From the sequence record NZ_CP097382.1: a DNA stretch of 64,000 nt; one strand, written 5' to 3'. Position 1 is the stretch's first letter. Every line of letters starts with the position of its first letter. Source of the stretch: a plasmid. The notes below the pieces were generated by a model that saw only the letters and a list, made by a program, of their open reading frames with translations, was not told the DNA's origin and made no database searches. Position numbers and translations under genes: made by a program. Shown in pieces: positions 18,628-28,996 of this stretch.

Positions 18628-20850
18628 ATGAGTTCAACCAAGCATATTACGCAGGGTGGACAAGTCTTTAGCTATATGCTCGGCATGTTCATGCAAGTGA
18701 ATAAGCGAATATCATTTTGGCTTATTCTGGTTTTCTTGATCATCTTTCCGGTCATTTTTTATTTTAAAGTGCCGCTGCAAGAAATTAAAAATGGCGGGTT
18801 ATATTGGTGGTTATATTTAACCGCAGGCGGTGAAAAAGCCTTATACCGTGTTGCTCCCATTTATGACGTGCATTTTGATGGTCAAGTTTATCGGTTTACG
18901 TCTGATGCGATATTAAAAGACGACTACATGATCTATGCCGGTAATATCGTGCTGCAAGAACTGGGATTATCCCTGTTATGGGCGTGTATTATCGTTATTG
19001 TGCTGTTTTTTGTCATCTACCGAGTGTTTCATGGCTTAGGTAAGCGTCAAGCGAATGATGATGTGATTGGTGGGCGTACACTCACGGACGATATTAAGCA
19101 TGTTCGCAATATGCTGCATGCACGACGTGAAGCGTCGCCTATCACTTTTGACGGATTACCCCTGAAGCTTAACAGTGAAGTGCAAAACATGCTAATGCAC
19201 GGAACGCCTGGATCAGGGAAATCAAACACCATAAATAAGCTGCTAATTCAATTACGAAAGCGCGGTGACATGGTCATTGTCTTTGACAAAGGGTGTTCAT
19301 TGGTCAAACGACATTATAACGAAAATATCGACAAACTTCTCAACCCACTTGATGAGCGTTGTGAAAATTGGGACTTATGGGGGGAATGTTTAACCACGCC
19401 GGATTTTGACAGTGTGGCGAATACGCTTATTCCGCAAAGTACCTCGGAAGACCCCTTCTGGACGGGATCGGCGCGAACCATTTTTACTACGGTGGCCGCC
19501 AAACTTGGTTCTGATGACCAGCGCAGCTATAACAAGTTATTACGCACCTTACTGGCTATTGATCTAAAGTCATTACGCGCGTATGTCGAGAAAACTGAAG
19601 CCAGTAACTTGATGGAAGAAAAAGTCGAGAAAACCGCTATTTCTATCCGTGGGGTGCTGACCAACTATGTCAAAGCGTTACGTTACCTACAAGGGATTGA
19701 GCGCAATGGCAAACCCCCGTTTGCCATTCGGGAGTGGATGAAAACGGTTAACGAGCCGAAAAAACGCCATGGTTGGTTATGGATCACCAGTAATGCCCGT
19801 CAACATGAGTCGTTAAAACCGTTAATTTCTATGTGGTTAGCGCAAGCCGCGAATTGCCTATTGGAGATGGGGGAAAATCCTGAACGCCGAGTCTGGTTTA
19901 TTTACGATGAATTAGCCTCACTACACAAATTGCCGGAATTACCGCAAGTGTTATCTGAGGCCCGTAAGTTTGGTGGATGTTTTATTCTTGGTTTTCAAAA
20001 TAAACCACAGCTGGACTACACCTATGGTCATGATTATGCCAACGCCATGATGGATTTACTTAATACCCGCTTTTTCTTTCGCTCTCCTGATGAAAGTGTG
20101 GCGAAGTGGGTACGTGACCAACTGGGGCAAACACGCAAAAAAGTGGCGAGTGAACAATACAGTTTTGGTCCTGAAACGGTACGTGATGGGGTGTCATTCA
20201 GTAAACAACAAGAGGATGTCGATTTAGTCAACTATTCTGACGTGCAATCGTTACCCGATTTAGATTGCTACATCACGCTGCCAGGCCAATACCCTGTTGT
20301 CAAAATCTCGATGCGCTATGAAAAAATCAAACCGATTGCGGCAGAATTTACGCCTCGACCGATTAATGACAGTTTAGACCAAGAAATTGAAGCTGAGATT
20401 AAATCCCGAATGCAAGAGGATGCGCTCCCTCCAGTGATGAATCAAATAATTGATAACCTGATTAGTGGCAAACCGATTGAAACACCCGTTGATACGGCAC
20501 AAAACAATATCGCTCCGGAAGTGGTTCAGACTCAACCAAAGCCTATCGTTGAGCTTGAATCGAAGTCAGTCACACAAAACTCCACGCCGATAACAACGGA
20601 AACCGCAGCATCCGACAATCCACCGGAAAACCAAGGCGGGCAAGAGGTCATCATTGATAACGTCAAAGTGAACACCGAAACAGGGGAGGTTCTTGGACGC
20701 GTGATTGATGGTGAAGAGAATCCCTATGATCAATATGACAGTTATACACGCATGCGGCAGGAAGAAAAGGAAATTTTTAACCGACCCAAACCTTCCCAAG
20801 AAAAGCCAAAACACATAAATGATGATCATGATGAACCGGAGATGTGGTGA
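18628..20850 (+). CDS. traD: TraD type IV coupling protein
   Basis: 740 aa. It has N-terminal TM helices and a Walker A motif GTPGSGKS. The long Q/P/E-rich acidic C-terminal tail resembles F TraD. Confidence 0.9.
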   Translation: MSSTKHITQGGQVFSYMLGMFMQVNKRISFWLILVFLIIFPVIFYFKVPLQEIKNGGLYWWLYLTAGGEKALYRVAPIYDVHFDGQVYRFTSDAILKDDYMIYAGNIVLQELGLSLLWACIIVIVLFFVIYRVFHGLGKRQANDDVIGGRTLTDDIKHVRNMLHARREASPITFDGLPLKLNSEVQNMLMHGTPGSGKSNTINKLLIQLRKRGDMVIVFDKGCSLVKRHYNENIDKLLNPLDERCENWDLWGECLTTPDFDSVANTLIPQSTSEDPFWTGSARTIFTTVAAKLGSDDQRSYNKLLRTLLAIDLKSLRAYVEKTEASNLMEEKVEKTAISIRGVLTNYVKALRYLQGIERNGKPPFAIREWMKTVNEPKKRHGWLWITSNARQHESLKPLISMWLAQAANCLLEMGENPERRVWFIYDELASLHKLPELPQVLSEARKFGGCFILGFQNKPQLDYTYGHDYANAMMDLLNTRFFFRSPDESVAKWVRDQLGQTRKKVASEQYSFGPETVRDGVSFSKQQEDVDLVNYSDVQSLPDLDCYITLPGQYPVVKISMRYEKIKPIAAEFTPRPINDSLDQEIEAEIKSRMQEDALPPVMNQIIDNLISGKPIETPVDTAQNNIAPEVVQTQPKPIVELESKSVTQNSTPITTETAASDNPPENQGGQEVIIDNVKVNTETGEVLGRVIDGEENPYDQYDSYTRMRQEEKEIFNRPKPSQEKPKHINDDHDEPEMW

Positions 20851-23800
20851 TGCTGACTGTTGCACCGATTGCCAATAATGCGGCAAATTATTATACCCAT
20901 GAAGACAATTATTATTTTCTCGGCAACCTTGAAGCCCGCTGGATGGGTGAAGGGGCTAAATCCCTGGGATTAGAAGGCGAAGTCACTAAAGACCAATTAG
21001 GTGAGATCCTTGAGGGGCGCTTACCCAATGGCCAAAGTCTTGAGCGGATGGAAAACGGTAAAAACGTCCACCGTGAAGGGCATGACTTAACGTTTTCAGC
21101 CCCTAAAAGCGTTTCGGTACTCGGTATTGTGCTGGGTGATAAGCGCATGATTGAGGCTCATAATCGTGCCGTTGAGGTTGCGCTCCATGAAGTAGAAGGT
21201 ATTGCCTCTACACGGATGATGGTTGAGGGAAAAACTTCACTGGAAATGACCAAAAACCTTGTCGTTGCGGCATTTAACCATGATACGTCTCGGGAGCATG
21301 ATCCACAGCTCCATACGCACGCGCTAGTCATGAACATGACAGAACACAATGGTGAGTGGCGCACATTATCGAGCGATACACGAAGCAAAATGGGGTTCAG
21401 TGAAGCATTGTATGATTTACGGATCGCATTAGGGGAAATCTATCAAAATACGCTGCGTAAAGAGATTGAAGGAATGGGATTTAAAACCCACAACGCAGGA
21501 CGTAATAGCTTGTGGGAAATTGATGGTGTTCCTGTGGCGCCCTTCTCTCAACGTCGTCAGCAAATCCTTGATGCGGTGGGGCATGAAGCTTCACTCAAAT
21601 CCCGTGATGTGGCGGCGCTTGATACCCGTCAGGCCAAAACAACCCCTGAAAAAAGTGAGTTATTAACCGACTGGTTTGACCGTTTGGAGAAAAATAGTTT
21701 CGGGGCCGATGCGCGTAAAGCGTTTTACGCTGAAGCCGAGCAGCGCCTTGCTAAAGGGGATATGGGGGATACCTCTCGGGAGATACAGCCCGATATTACC
21801 CGCGCTGTCACTGATGCGATAGCGTTACTCAGTGATAAGCAGCTCAGTATGACCTACAGCCAAGTGTTGGCTAAAACCCTTGGGGGATTGGAAGCTCGTG
21901 CGGGCATGATAGCACAGGTACGTGAAGCGATTGATGTCGCGATTGAACAGCGTCAACTTATCCCACTGGATGAGAAAAAAGGGCTGTTTACCTCCTCGAT
22001 TCATTTGATGGACGAGCTGAAGCTGCAACAGATTGCTACCGACATGAAGCAACATAACCGTACCGTCAGTTTTCAAGCGCGGACAGAAACGCTCAGTCCC
22101 GTGATGGAAAAATTAGCCGATACGTTACCCAATATTGCGATTGTGGCCAGTCAAGGACTCGGTAAAGCACAGCGTAATGGTGTGTTAGACGGTGTTACGA
22201 TGGCGCAATCACAAGGGCGTGACGTGGCGGTGATGACCCTCGATGCGGCCAGTGCTAAAGCCTTTGCCAATGATAAGCGTTTTGCTTATGTGCCGAAAAT
22301 GACCCTAGGTGATGGTCAACCCCTTAAACCCAACAGTACCTTAGTGGTGGCTAATGCCGAAAAACTGTCCTTGAAATCGGCCTTATCTCTACTGGAAAGC
22401 GCTCAATCTGCCAATGTGCAGGTGCTCATGATGGACAGTGGCGGGCGTAAAGGCACGGGAAACGTGTTGGCCACCTTACAAGATGCGGGTGTTCCGCGTT
22501 TTCAGGGCGATTCTTCCGCTGTCTTGACGGTGAAAACGGCACACATTCCCGATAAAAATCATCGTTATGCGGCACTGGCGGCGGATTATGCACAGCTGCA
22601 CAGCGACATGAAACCCGTGGTTGCGCAGGTCAGTGGTGTTCGGGAGCAAAAAATCATGACCGATACCATTCGCCAAACACTGACCGAGCGCGGGATGCTC
22701 AGTGAAAAAACGGTGACAGTAACCCAGCTTAAACCTGTGTGGCTCGACAGCCATTCGCGCAAGCAAATCGACAGTTACCGTGAAGGCATGGTGATGGAGC
22801 GTTGGAACGCCGATAAAAAAGAGGTTGAGCGTTTTACCATTGACCGTGTCACCCCTGAAACCCGTTCCGTCACCTTGCTTGACAGTCAAGGGCAAAAACA
22901 GGTGATGAAGCCGCAGCAATTTGATGGTCAATGGAGTGCCTATCAGCGTCAAACGATGGACATTGCTCAAGGTGAACAGTTAACCATACTGGCGAAGCAA
23001 AACAAGCTCTCCGCACGTGACAGGGTCACGGTAACTAGGTTTATGCCAAATGCGATTATGGTTAATTTTAATGGCAAAACCCATCGGATTGATGTGCGAG
23101 ACGGTGTCAAAGCCGATTATGGGTATGTTACCGCGCCAGGGCAACAGGCTAACGATACGGGCACAGTGTTATTGGCCGCGTCTGCGCGGGATACACAGCC
23201 GAGCTTACTCAATACGGCAGCCCGCAGTGGTGAACATATTACCGTGTATACGCCACTGGATAAGATGGAAACCGAGCGTCGTATATCGCGTTCGCCTGTT
23301 TATCAGCAAGCGCGACAGTTAGCGGGGGTTGAGGGATTGGACGCCAAAGCGATTGAGCAAGCGGCCGATAAAGCCACGGAAGCGTTATGGTCTAAACCTG
23401 AAAAAGCCCTGCAACAAGGTATGGCGTTAGCGCAAGGGAGTCAGGTTTTTTTCTCGCGCATTGATGCGATTGCCAAAGCGTTACCGTTACACAACTCGCT
23501 TGACAGTCAATCGCTGGGGAAAGCCTTTGACCGCTTAGTCGCCCAAAAAGCCATCATCCCCGTGACCAGTGGTAAAGGGGCAGCCCAACAACACTACGTG
23601 ACGGCCAGTACCTGGGAGATGGAAAAACAAATTCTGACCACCATTTTATCGGGCAAAGGAACACAAACTCCGCTGATGGCGTCTGTGCCCGAGGCGCAAC
23701 TGAACGGATTAACCTCAGGGCAAAAAGCGGCGACTGAGCTGATTTTAGGCAGTCGTGACCAATTTGTCGGTATCCAAGGCTATGCCGGGGTGGGGAAAAC

Positions 23801-25976
23801 CACGCAATTTACTGCCGTTCTCAAGGCACTGGATACGCTGCCTGCTGCGCAGCGGCCAGAAGTGATAGGCCTTGCGCCCACGCACCGCGCCGTCGGGGAA
23901 ATGGCGGCTGTCGGCGTAAAATCGCAAACTTTGCATGCTTTTTTGATGGATGCGAACCAACGTCAACAGCAAGGTGAAACACTGAATTTTAAAAATACCC
24001 TGTTTTTAGTCGATGAAAGCTCCATGATAGGCAACCGAAATTTAAGTGAAGTCTTGCAAATCATTGCTCAGAGTGGGGGGCGAGGCGTGCTCAGTGGGGA
24101 TACGGCTCAGTTATTGTCAGTGGACAGTGGCACTCCCTTTGCACTTGCACAAAACCGTTCTGCACTTGATACCGCCATTATGAAAGAAATTGTGCGACAA
24201 AATCCCGAGCTTCGCCCTGCTATTGAAGCCATCATCGCGGGTCAGGTTCAAACGGCCATCGACACCATGAATAGCGTGACACCGGATGTGGTTCCTCGTC
24301 GAGCGGGGGCAAAATTGCCCGAACAGTCGGTGGTAGACTCAGGTAATAAGGTTATCACACATATTCTTGATGATTATCGCAGTCGAACGCCTGAAGCCCA
24401 AAAAGAGACACTCATTGTGGTGCAAACGAATAGCGATAAAGATGTTATTAACCGTGGTGTTCATGACATTTTAATCGAGCAAGGGCAATTGCAAGGGGGG
24501 AAAGCCGTACCGATATTAGTGCGCGAAAATACCCGTACCGAAGCCTTGTTATCAACGGCGGGGATGGCGGAACATGCAGGTAAAATTGCCCTCATTCAAG
24601 AGCAGTACTATCGGATTGAGGTGACTCAAGAGGGAGTCAGTGACGGGATTGTGACCCTGGTTGATGAACAAGGCAAAGGGCATTTACTCTCAGCCTTTGA
24701 AAGTAGCTTGCGAGATATTGGTATTTACCGCCAAGAAGGGCGTCACATTGCCGTCGGCGAAAAAATCACCTTTACTCGTACAGACAAAGAGCGTGGACGC
24801 GTGACGAACAGTGATTGGACGGTCAGCGAAGTCAATGAACATGGGCAAATCACCCTGACGAATGGTGAGGAGTTACGCGTGCTTGAACCGAATGGGGCAT
24901 TGACTGACCAACATCTGGATTACGGCTATGCGGGCACGGCACACAAAGCGCAAGGGGCAAGCAGTCCGTATGTGATTGTTTTAGGCGGTGTGGAAGCTGG
25001 ACGACGTATGTTGGCCACCTTACGTGATGCGTATGTCGCTTTATCCCGGACTAAAGCGCATGTCCAAACCTACAGTGATGATTTGGATAAATGGACAAGT
25101 AAAATTACAAACCCGGGCAACCGAAAGACGGCTCATGATGTGTTGTTGGCTGAACAAGACTATGCCGCCAAAGTGGGTAATCAATTGTTTGACCATGCGA
25201 AACCCCTTAATGAGACGGCGATTGGTCGCGCATTAAGCCGCCAAATGGGGTTGGGGGAGTCACACGAAGGGAAGTTTGTTTACCCCTCCACCAAGCACCC
25301 CGAACCGCATGTGGCGTGGCCCGCTTTTGATGAACACGGTAAAGCCCAAGGCACCGTGTTACAAGCGATTGAACTCGATGGGGATAAATTGCAGGGGCTT
25401 CGTGCTGAAGGGCGTTTACTCGGCAGCGAGCAGGCGCAATTTATTGTTGTGAAACCCAGCCAAAACGGGCAAACCGTGATTGTGAACAGTTTAGAATCGG
25501 CTTTCGAGACGATGGCACAGCAACCTGAACTGGGCGTGGTGGTGCAACTTAATCCCGATGACCGTTTACACACGGTAATGATTGAAAAAATCACGCAAGG
25601 GGAAGTGGATAACGCCTATTCCAACCAAAATACTGCGCAAACCGATAAAGCAGACAGTGACCCGAAAAATCTGCAAACCCCGGAGGAGCAGGCGATTGAT
25701 AAAGCCTTAAAAGAGGCTGAAGCGGCCTTGCGTCAGCAAGCAAACAGCGAGTCCAAGGCACCAGAACTCAACGAGGACGAACTGCGGCAGGTGATGGCGC
25801 AAGAGCGTGATAGCTTGCTGAAAGGGGAACATGACTTAATGGAGGCAAAAGAGCGCGTCATTGAAAAATCCGTTCAGCTTGAACGTGAACATCAGCAACA
25901 ACAACGGGACGTCTTGCGCCAACAAGAGCGTGAAATGGTGATGGAAAAATCCCGAGACCGTGAGTTTGGTGATTAA
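20850..25976 (+). CDS. traI: TraI relaxase-helicase (MOB-F)
   Basis: About 1708 aa. The N-terminus ANNAANYYTHEDNYYFLGNLEARWMGEGA matches the F TraI tyrosine-rich relaxase motif, and HTH/HDH motifs are present. There is a central helicase domain with GYAGVGKT and a C-terminal coiled-coil. The ATG overlaps the traD stop (TGATG). Confidence 0.9.
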   Translation: MLTVAPIANNAANYYTHEDNYYFLGNLEARWMGEGAKSLGLEGEVTKDQLGEILEGRLPNGQSLERMENGKNVHREGHDLTFSAPKSVSVLGIVLGDKRMIEAHNRAVEVALHEVEGIASTRMMVEGKTSLEMTKNLVVAAFNHDTSREHDPQLHTHALVMNMTEHNGEWRTLSSDTRSKMGFSEALYDLRIALGEIYQNTLRKEIEGMGFKTHNAGRNSLWEIDGVPVAPFSQRRQQILDAVGHEASLKSRDVAALDTRQAKTTPEKSELLTDWFDRLEKNSFGADARKAFYAEAEQRLAKGDMGDTSREIQPDITRAVTDAIALLSDKQLSMTYSQVLAKTLGGLEARAGMIAQVREAIDVAIEQRQLIPLDEKKGLFTSSIHLMDELKLQQIATDMKQHNRTVSFQARTETLSPVMEKLADTLPNIAIVASQGLGKAQRNGVLDGVTMAQSQGRDVAVMTLDAASAKAFANDKRFAYVPKMTLGDGQPLKPNSTLVVANAEKLSLKSALSLLESAQSANVQVLMMDSGGRKGTGNVLATLQDAGVPRFQGDSSAVLTVKTAHIPDKNHRYAALAADYAQLHSDMKPVVAQVSGVREQKIMTDTIRQTLTERGMLSEKTVTVTQLKPVWLDSHSRKQIDSYREGMVMERWNADKKEVERFTIDRVTPETRSVTLLDSQGQKQVMKPQQFDGQWSAYQRQTMDIAQGEQLTILAKQNKLSARDRVTVTRFMPNAIMVNFNGKTHRIDVRDGVKADYGYVTAPGQQANDTGTVLLAASARDTQPSLLNTAARSGEHITVYTPLDKMETERRISRSPVYQQARQLAGVEGLDAKAIEQAADKATEALWSKPEKALQQGMALAQGSQVFFSRIDAIAKALPLHNSLDSQSLGKAFDRLVAQKAIIPVTSGKGAAQQHYVTASTWEMEKQILTTILSGKGTQTPLMASVPEAQLNGLTSGQKAATELILGSRDQFVGIQGYAGVGKTTQFTAVLKALDTLPAAQRPEVIGLAPTHRAVGEMAAVGVKSQTLHAFLMDANQRQQQGETLNFKNTLFLVDESSMIGNRNLSEVLQIIAQSGGRGVLSGDTAQLLSVDSGTPFALAQNRSALDTAIMKEIVRQNPELRPAIEAIIAGQVQTAIDTMNSVTPDVVPRRAGAKLPEQSVVDSGNKVITHILDDYRSRTPEAQKETLIVVQTNSDKDVINRGVHDILIEQGQLQGGKAVPILVRENTRTEALLSTAGMAEHAGKIALIQEQYYRIEVTQEGVSDGIVTLVDEQGKGHLLSAFESSLRDIGIYRQEGRHIAVGEKITFTRTDKERGRVTNSDWTVSEVNEHGQITLTNGEELRVLEPNGALTDQHLDYGYAGTAHKAQGASSPYVIVLGGVEAGRRMLATLRDAYVALSRTKAHVQTYSDDLDKWTSKITNPGNRKTAHDVLLAEQDYAAKVGNQLFDHAKPLNETAIGRALSRQMGLGESHEGKFVYPSTKHPEPHVAWPAFDEHGKAQGTVLQAIELDGDKLQGLRAEGRLLGSEQAQFIVVKPSQNGQTVIVNSLESAFETMAQQPELGVVVQLNPDDRLHTVMIEKITQGEVDNAYSNQNTAQTDKADSDPKNLQTPEEQAIDKALKEAEAALRQQANSESKAPELNEDELRQVMAQERDSLLKGEHDLMEAKERVIEKSVQLEREHQQQQRDVLRQQEREMVMEKSRDREFGD

Positions 25977-26104
25977 TACCCTATTATTTCTGTTTTAACC
26001 CGCATTGTCGGCGATTTCCGCCAGTTTCTTTTAGTTTTCTCTCGCGTCGAACCTCAAGTTTTATCACAGATTATGGTGAAAAATCGCGTCTTTATCGTGA
26101 AGAC

Positions 26105-26133
26105 GTTGCTTGAATGCGCATAGAGTGCTAAAT
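26105..26133 (+). promoter_or_regulatory. Candidate sigma70 promoter for the repA leader
   Basis: TTGCTT, a 17-nt spacer, then TAAATT. Confidence 0.4.
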
Positions 26134-26230
26134 TAGCCGACAATTGATGTGAATTTTGTGGTCGCCACGCCGAAAGGTGGCAAGTGATGGGATGTAACAC
26201 ACAAACATGTGCTGTGAACCCAAATAGAAA

Positions 26231-26280
26231 ACCCCTGTAATCTTCTTCATTCTTGGCGGAGCGAAAAGATTATCAGGGGT
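26231..26280 (-). ncRNA. copA: Candidate CopA/CopT-type antisense RNA stem-loop of an IncFII-like replication control region
   Basis: A 14-bp stem (ACCCCTGTAATCTT / AAGATTATCAGGGGT, one bulge) encloses a 22-nt loop. It lies in the repA leader upstream of tap, as in R1/R100. Strand and exact ends are not determinable by eye. Confidence 0.35.
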
Positions 26281-26336
26281 CATCAGAGCAATTCCGCTAG
26301 GGGTAATGTTGAACTCCTAGCGGGGAGTATAGAATT

Positions 26337-26393
26337 ATGCGCAAAAAAATACAACTCCTTCCGTACAACATAAGTGCGGAGAAGCATGAATAA
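26337..26393 (+). CDS. tap: tap-like leader peptide (18 aa) translationally coupled to repA
   Basis: MRKKIQLLPYNISAEKHE*. Its stop TAA (26391-26393) overlaps the repA ATG (26386) in the sequence ATGAATAATG. Confidence 0.5.
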   Translation: MRKKIQLLPYNISAEKHE

Positions 26394-27324
26394 TGCTATA
26401 TCAAATCCTGCAATTCCTTGTTCCGTCGGTAAAATTCATCGGCATTATGTGCCAAAATTTTTAGGACAATTACCTAAATTAGTGCCTGTGCGTCGTTTTG
26501 CGGCCGCGTTAAAACGGCATGATTGGAACCGAAACCCTCATATTTACCAACTGCGCTACAGCCGAAAGCAACGGATATCCGTGCGTTCAGAGCGTCGCGA
26601 AACCTTTGATGCGTTAGCAATGGCCATGATTGCCTATGCGGATTACAACCCTGAAAGTGATGCGTTGTTCGAAGTAATGTGCTCCGTAGAGAAGTTGGCG
26701 GAGTTGTGTGGCCAACTGTATCGCTATGACAGTGGTCGTAAAAGTTATGACCCCATCCTCCATGCTTTGCGCGATTGGGAACAAGCTAATCTGATTGTCA
26801 TTGACCGCGATTTTGATATCGAGGCCAAACAATACAAAGCCATGCGGATTTGGATACGGCCTGAATTTTTCCATGGACTCGGGTTTTCTGCGTTAGAGTT
26901 GCGCGAAGTGGTGTCTAGTTTTAGCCGTTGGATGGAAAAAAAGGGATTAAAAGAGAGCTATCAAAAACGCTACGCCCAACATGTCTTACGGCTTGCCCGT
27001 GCGAATGTGGCGTCACTCGACACTAAGCACAAACTTCGCAATCTGCTCAACAAGCTTAAAACCCTAGTGGTTGGTAAAGATGAAGCGCTCAAACAAGAAA
27101 AGAAACATTTAGCTAAAGCGCTGAAGGAAAAGAAAACGTTAGCCAAAAGTTTGGAAGCGCCAGAAAGCGCCGAACATGCTGCATGGCGACGTTTTGAAGC
27201 GTGGAAGGTGACACAGCCGATAGCGACGGTTATGGCCTTTGAGCGTAAAATGAAGACCTTGTACCCGAGCGTCCAAGGGCAGGCACTTTATCTGCATTAC
27301 CTGGAACACTTGCCCGACGCCTAA
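26386..27324 (+). CDS. repA: RepA replication initiator (IncFII RepA1 family)
   Basis: About 313 aa. …ETFDALAMAMIAYADYNPESDALFEVMCSVEKLAELCGQ… parallels R100 RepA1 …AIDALLQGLCFHYDPLANRVQCSITTLAIECGLAT…. The C-terminal half is basic and K/R-rich. Confidence 0.7.
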   Translation: MNNAISNPAIPCSVGKIHRHYVPKFLGQLPKLVPVRRFAAALKRHDWNRNPHIYQLRYSRKQRISVRSERRETFDALAMAMIAYADYNPESDALFEVMCSVEKLAELCGQLYRYDSGRKSYDPILHALRDWEQANLIVIDRDFDIEAKQYKAMRIWIRPEFFHGLGFSALELREVVSSFSRWMEKKGLKESYQKRYAQHVLRLARANVASLDTKHKLRNLLNKLKTLVVGKDEALKQEKKHLAKALKEKKTLAKSLEAPESAEHAAWRRFEAWKVTQPIATVMAFERKMKTLYPSVQGQALYLHYLEHLPDA

Positions 27325-27560
27325 TTCCTCTCGTTTTATTTACTGCCTTGACTGGCGGTGGTTTCGTTCGTTTTAAATCTGGGCAGCCTGTTTTTAAACA
27401 GAAAAATCGTTATCTCTATCTCCCAATTCATATCTATGATGGCAGAGCGAAAAATTTCGCTCTTTATTTAACCAACTAACTTCGAATGCGTTTGTTCTCT
27501 GCAATTAACTACGAATAGTATTGATATTTTATGGTTAAATTCGTTTTTAGGTTCTGAACT
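27325..27560. other. Candidate vegetative origin (oriV) downstream of repA
   Basis: AT-rich tract with TTATCT-type DnaA-box-like motifs directly 3' of repA. This is the expected place for the ori of IncFII-type replicons. Confidence 0.3.
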
Positions 27561-28027
27561 AAACGTCCTTTTAAATAAAAGGAGTTGCGGCTCTGCTTTT
27601 TCAAGCCGCACACTTTAAAGAGATAGACCCAATAAAGCCTTCGCTTACAAGCCATAAATGGCTGTCGCTCAGAATAGGGTGTCAACATCGTGCCATTGCC
27701 CCCGTAAAGCTGGCCGATGGCCACCTTAACGCGCAGCTACAGCCGTTCATCGAGGCGTCGCCTCTCGCCCGTCTCACTGCGTTTTTCAAAGGGTCAAACA
27801 AGCAAAATAACGGTGTTAATATCAGTCGGCTCAATCAGGGCAGGGGGGAGATTGGGGCATTAAACAGCTCGCAACCGCTCCCGCGGGTCTCGACGGCCCT
27901 AACCTTCATTGTCCCTCTGTCACCTTTTTTGCCGTCTACAGCCCTTCGGGCGAGTGATTTCGGTTAAATTTCGTGATAATCTGCCACTAATGTATTGACG
28001 CTAAACGTGATTTCGGTGTGAGGATGT

Positions 28028-28597
28028 ATGGAACGCAAAAAATTAACCTTAAAGCGGGCGACAACAGAAAACGTTGAAGAAAGTACAACGCCTGTTATTT
28101 CGCCTCGTCGTAAAAAAATGGTGGTTAATACACAGCGTAAAGCCAAAAAAACCGTCAAAACAACACCAACTCAACCCCTTAAAAAAGTGACCTCTCCGCC
28201 TGCGCAAAAACAGAAAGTGGTAGTCGTTCCGTTAGAAAAAAAAGTCGTTCCGCCGACGCCGCCAAAGCAACATCTACCATTAGAAGAGGCGATTGCCAAT
28301 ATTTCAGCCTATTGGCCACAACTCTTTCCCGATGGACAACTTCGACCGATGGCAGTGGGGACACGAGAGGCCTTACTTGCGGACAAAAAAGTCCGTGAAC
28401 TGCCTATTTCGACTAAAAAACTGAAACGCAGCCTCGCGGCCATTAGTCACAGTGTCAAATACCGCACCACGATTATGCCTGGTGCAGTACGCTATGATAA
28501 TGATGGTCAGCCTAACGGGGCTGTCACGGAATCGGATGTGGCCGATACGTTAAAACGCATTCAAAAACTGGTTAAACAACAATCACGACCCGCATGA
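28028..28597 (+). CDS. finO: FinO RNA chaperone (ProQ/FinO family), the fertility inhibition protein
   Basis: 189 aa with a Lys/Pro-rich N-terminus. …AYWPQLFPDGQLRPMAVGTREALLAD…KKLKRSLAAISHSVKYRTTIMPGAVRYDNDG… is collinear with F FinO (…[26 protein letters not shown]…KKLRRALKAITRSESYL…GACRYDTEG…). Confidence 0.85.
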   Translation: MERKKLTLKRATTENVEESTTPVISPRRKKMVVNTQRKAKKTVKTTPTQPLKKVTSPPAQKQKVVVVPLEKKVVPPTPPKQHLPLEEAIANISAYWPQLFPDGQLRPMAVGTREALLADKKVRELPISTKKLKRSLAAISHSVKYRTTIMPGAVRYDNDGQPNGAVTESDVADTLKRIQKLVKQQSRPA

Positions 28598-28996
28598 CAA
28601 AAAAATCACTTCCCCTGTTACAATTGAGCTGAAAAGTTTTATTTGGGGTTCTGCACCGGAACCGCCGGAAATTCCGATACCATTTATTTGATTTTTTTTA
28701 TACATATTTATCATTATTAGGATGTACGATTAAGGTCCCATCAATGAGAATTAATACGTACCAAGCATATGAAACGTAGTAATCAGATTTTTTTTGCAAG
28801 AAACAGCTACTTTTTTACTGTCCGGTTAACCTCGGTCTTACGTACAAAACTCTCTAACCACCAAAATTAAGCATTTCGTAAATTTCGGCGGTTCCGGCGT
28901 GGAACCCCGAAAAGATAAAAAACATTTGAAAAACGGACAGAAAATCGATTCTGCGTTATGATGCACAGTCTTTAGTGAAGAGTGAGTGACCGAATA

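Noticed and set aside
22476-22970. 164-aa ORF on the minus strand inside traI
   Set aside because: It is entirely antisense to a well-supported 1708-aa relaxase gene. It has no RBS and no recognisable motif. It is a spurious long antisense frame, typical of mid-GC coding DNA.
26614-26874. 86-aa ORF antisense to repA
   Set aside because: It lies within the repA coding region. The CopA antisense RNA is expected upstream in the leader, not here. No coding signal.
28179-28364. 61-aa ORF antisense to finO
   Set aside because: It overlaps the conserved FinO domain in antisense. Artefact.
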